Source of the DNA: Batkoa obscura
Taxonomy: Eukaryota
DNA: 64,000 bases
Reading direction: 5' to 3'
NCBI GenBank assembly: GCA_030770535.1
Contig: JASVEC010000001.1
Location: forward strand, 744,001-808,000
Positions 60,591 to 64,000 of this stretch are shown here, piece by piece. The notes under the pieces are model-generated. The model did not search any database. It was given only the letters and a program-made list of their open reading frames with translations, and was not told the origin of the DNA. Position numbers and translations under genes: made by a program. The stretch's first letter is position 1, and each line of letters starts with the position of its first letter.

Positions 60591-61271
60591 TATTAATAAA
60601 TTTAAAAGCATAATAGAAATAGCTTAAGTTCAAGTTTAATTCCTATATCTATTGGCTTTTTTTTATTTAAATACTGGCCATAATGAATTTAATTTGTTCT
60701 ACCATGGTATATTTTGTACCATATTATATAAAAAAATAGCAATATTATTGCTCTTATTTCAAATTTTGATAGAGAAGACTTAGTTTCATAGTGATTTAAA
60801 AATCGATACTTGGGCTTGGTTTTTTATCTTATTAGTCATACGAACTCTATGATAATTTAACGATATTGAATTGATATAACAAACGACAGTTTTTTCAATT
60901 TGTAATAAAAGTCAATATTAAAATCAATAACTTTTATTAATATTAATAAATTAATTATTCTATTAAAACTAACAAATCCTCATACTAAAAACTGATATTA
61001 CTAATTTAAGCAACCGATGTTCGCTATTTAGATTAATTTCATTAATGAAAATAGTCATTTTATCACTACTCCGTAGATTTTTTTTAGATTCTCCTTTTCC
61101 AATAAGGAGTTGTAATTTGTAATTTTTTAGTGAACTTTGGCCAATAACAATTTGTCCGCAAACAATTATTTTGGTTCTTAAAATAACTCAACCCTTAATC
61201 TGGCAATGTATTTAAATCAATAAAATAAAAATAAAAATTGAATTTTTATTATTTTTATCAATAATTAAAAA

Positions 61272-63949
61272 ATGAGTTTAGAAAGGAAAGAAAATAAATT
61301 AACTAATAGTGTGGAAAAGAGTAAGTTAATTAATACTGTTGATTATATACTAAATAATTAATCTCTTTAATTTTAGTTATTGAAAAACTAAGTAATAAAG
61401 AACAACGGATTTCGGAATCTTGTGAAAAGTTAAATCCATATTCTAAATTTTGTCCTGATACAAGTAGTTATCCAGTTAAAAAAGGATTAAATATAACTGA
61501 AATTGATGATAAAGTTAAAGGTAAACAGTTATTTTTATTATTTAATTAAAACTCATTTATTAATTTTAAAATTCATAGATGGATTGACTAAATTATCAAG
61601 AGAAGATTTAAGTGATGCAGCCGCATGTACTTTAAATATTAAAGAATTATTATGTTTATTAGAATATCAACGTTGTTCTTCAGATGGTAAATTAGTACCC
61701 ATTTGTAACTCAGTACAGTAAGTTTATTTATCTAATCCTTTAAAGCCGCCCCTCTTAATTAATCCTTTTTAATTAAAGCGAAACTGCTTTTTCTTCTTGT
61801 ACTTCAGAAGGTCAAAAAATTGAAGATGTTAAAAAATTATTTGAAAAACATGTCGATTTTAATAAATTTACTAATAATACTGAATGTTTTTCTGGAATTC
61901 CAAAGCCTACTCAAGTAAAAGTGGAAATTACAGCTACTAAAGATAGTAATCAAGCTACATCGACTAATGAAGCAAACGGTAAGTTTTAAGTCATAATGTT
62001 AGAATAAATAACTAATATTTTGTTTAGTTGATAAAACAGAAAGTGATAAAAAACCTAATGAATCCAATAATACACCTGTGGTTAATGAAATACTTTGGGG
62101 TAAATATTATTATATAATAATAATTATAATAATTAATCAATTTTAATTAAATCAGAATGTTCTCCTTATTCTTATGAAATTAGAAAAGATCAAAATACAT
62201 GTTTTGCTCCTAAGATAGCTAATATAACTAAATTCCCTTCTATTGATAATTTAGAAATGGGTAAAATTGAATTTGGATTAAGAGATGAAGTCAAATGTAA
62301 GGATACCTTGGAACTATTAAAAGTTCAAGTAGATGAAGCTTGCTGTAAGTTTAAATAATATTATTAATAATAGTTCTGTAATTTATTAATAATAAATCAA
62401 TATTTAGCATGTGATACCAAGTTATCTTATGTGCGATCCCCTTGTACAAATGCATTATCAGCAATCGGTATTCATACAGAATCCTTAGTAGTTAGTTTTA
62501 GAGATGTAGAATATGTACCAGGTATTGAAAAACAATTACATTTTGCTGATTCAATGAAAGATCATAGTAATCATCATATGAAAAAAAGAGAATTAGATAA
62601 TACCAAATTTAATGATGAAAATTTAAATGACAATAATGATCCACATTATTTTTTAAGATCTTATTATCGTACTTGTAATAGAATAGAAGGAGTTCCTCCT
62701 TCTATTAAAAGAAAACATTGTTGTAAGTTATATTATTTATTAATATTTATAATATATTAAATTAATTATTGATCTTTATTATTATTTATATAAAATAGCT
62801 CGTCATGCTAAATTAGATAGATATGAAGTACCAGGTACAGAGGTAGAAATGTATACTAATTTTAAATCACAAAAAATACAATCCCATTTTCGTAGTGGGT
62901 GCACAGTATTAGATTGTTTAAATCATTTACGTTATTTACCACCATTAACCCCAACCGAAGATAACAAATCAGATGTATTTTTAGAAGATGGTAGTATTGA
63001 TAAAAATTATGATATTTGTAAAGAAGAAATAAAAGATTGTCCATTATGGGCTTTTGGTAGTAATAGTATTTCAATCTCTGGTTATCCTGCCAATATTACT
63101 TCTTATCTTGAATTAGATATTCAAGCTAAACCAAACACAAATAGAGCTGCAATTATATTTTCATTTAGATCAATGACTCGACCATTATATGAAGGTTTAA
63201 GATTTTTATTAAATGGAGTACCTGCAATGGATTTAATTTATAATCAAACGGATAGTTTAGGTTATGCAGTTCCATTAGTACCAGGTAAATCCCATGTAGC
63301 AAGATGGGAATTTATTCGTGGTGAAGCATATCCATCAACTTCTTTTAATTTTGCAGAAATACAATCTATCATATTAAGAGATGCTTCTTTAGCTTCTCCA
63401 TCAGATACAGCCGATTTAAAATCATTAAGTCATTTAAAAAATAATATGGTTCATTTACCACCAAAAGCACCAACAAGACCAGGTTCTATTTATAGTAATA
63501 ATAACAATAATTCATCTAATTCAATTACTACTTCTATTATACCAATGATGATTATATTATTAACTGGAGTTGGTATTGCTTTATTAGGTGTTTGGTTATG
63601 GAAGAGACATTTAAAAATGAAAAAAGATGAAAATGAACATTCTTTGGGTTCTTATTCTGCTCCTTTAGGTTTTGCTGAAAGAGTAGCTCAATTTTCTTTC
63701 CCTGGTACTCAACAAAATAATAATTCAAGATATGCTCCATTATCTAAAGGTACTACAATGGATACTCCTCATGTTGAATTAAATGCTATGACTATGTTTG
63801 AAAATCATTTACCTTCTCCAAGTGATGATGAAGAAGAGGATGAACCTACTGCTTTTGATCGTACCATTTCTCCATCCACAGTTTCTACTGCATCTCAAAC
63901 TTTAAATCATAATTCACCAGAAACTAAAAATAGAGATGAACTGATCTAA
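61272..63949 (+). CDS. Cys-rich single-pass membrane protein of unknown function (multi-exon)
   Basis: Short GT-AG introns join Cys-rich exons to the 62849-63949 ORF. TM segment IIPMMIILLTGVGIALLGVWLW is followed by KRHLK and a tail with YAPL and SPSDDEEEDE. The start codon is uncertain. Confidence 0.7.
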
Positions 63950-64000
63950 TTGAAGTTTATTCTCTTATATTTTAGTAGTTAAATCTTAAAATCAAATTGA

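Overview
Very AT-rich, intron-containing eukaryotic DNA. Gene content suggests an early-diverging fungus (a fungal complex I NUXM subunit together with a RalGAP-alpha-like gene); an Entomophthoromycotina/Conidiobolus-like source is plausible but is inference only. The window has two compartments. Roughly 0.4-22.3 kb is gene-dense, several of its genes poly-Asn-rich: GluRS, RalGAP-alpha-like, secreted GH37 trehalase, RING E3, a secreted acidic/His-Arg-Tyr protein, choline/ethanolamine phosphotransferase, NUXM and CCT1. Roughly 22.5-61 kb is gene-sparse and full of miniature inverted-repeat elements. It holds two paralogous P450s (one with an in-frame TAA in the PER motif), three tandem intronless transporters (OPT/YSL, PTR/POT, MCT-like MFS), tRNA-Lys(CTT), a SUT/SLC45-like sugar permease, a secreted His/Asp/Lys/Tyr repeat precursor and an intronless ABCC pump. 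A Cys-rich single-pass membrane protein ends the window. Most notable are the repeat precursor built from HY(D)nHHY-GKK units, an 11-copy ~100-bp TG...CA element with variable 2-bp target duplications and nested insertions, a GluRS apparently lacking the N-terminal GST-like domain, and a Frizzled-CRD-like membrane protein. All calls were made by eye, without database searches.
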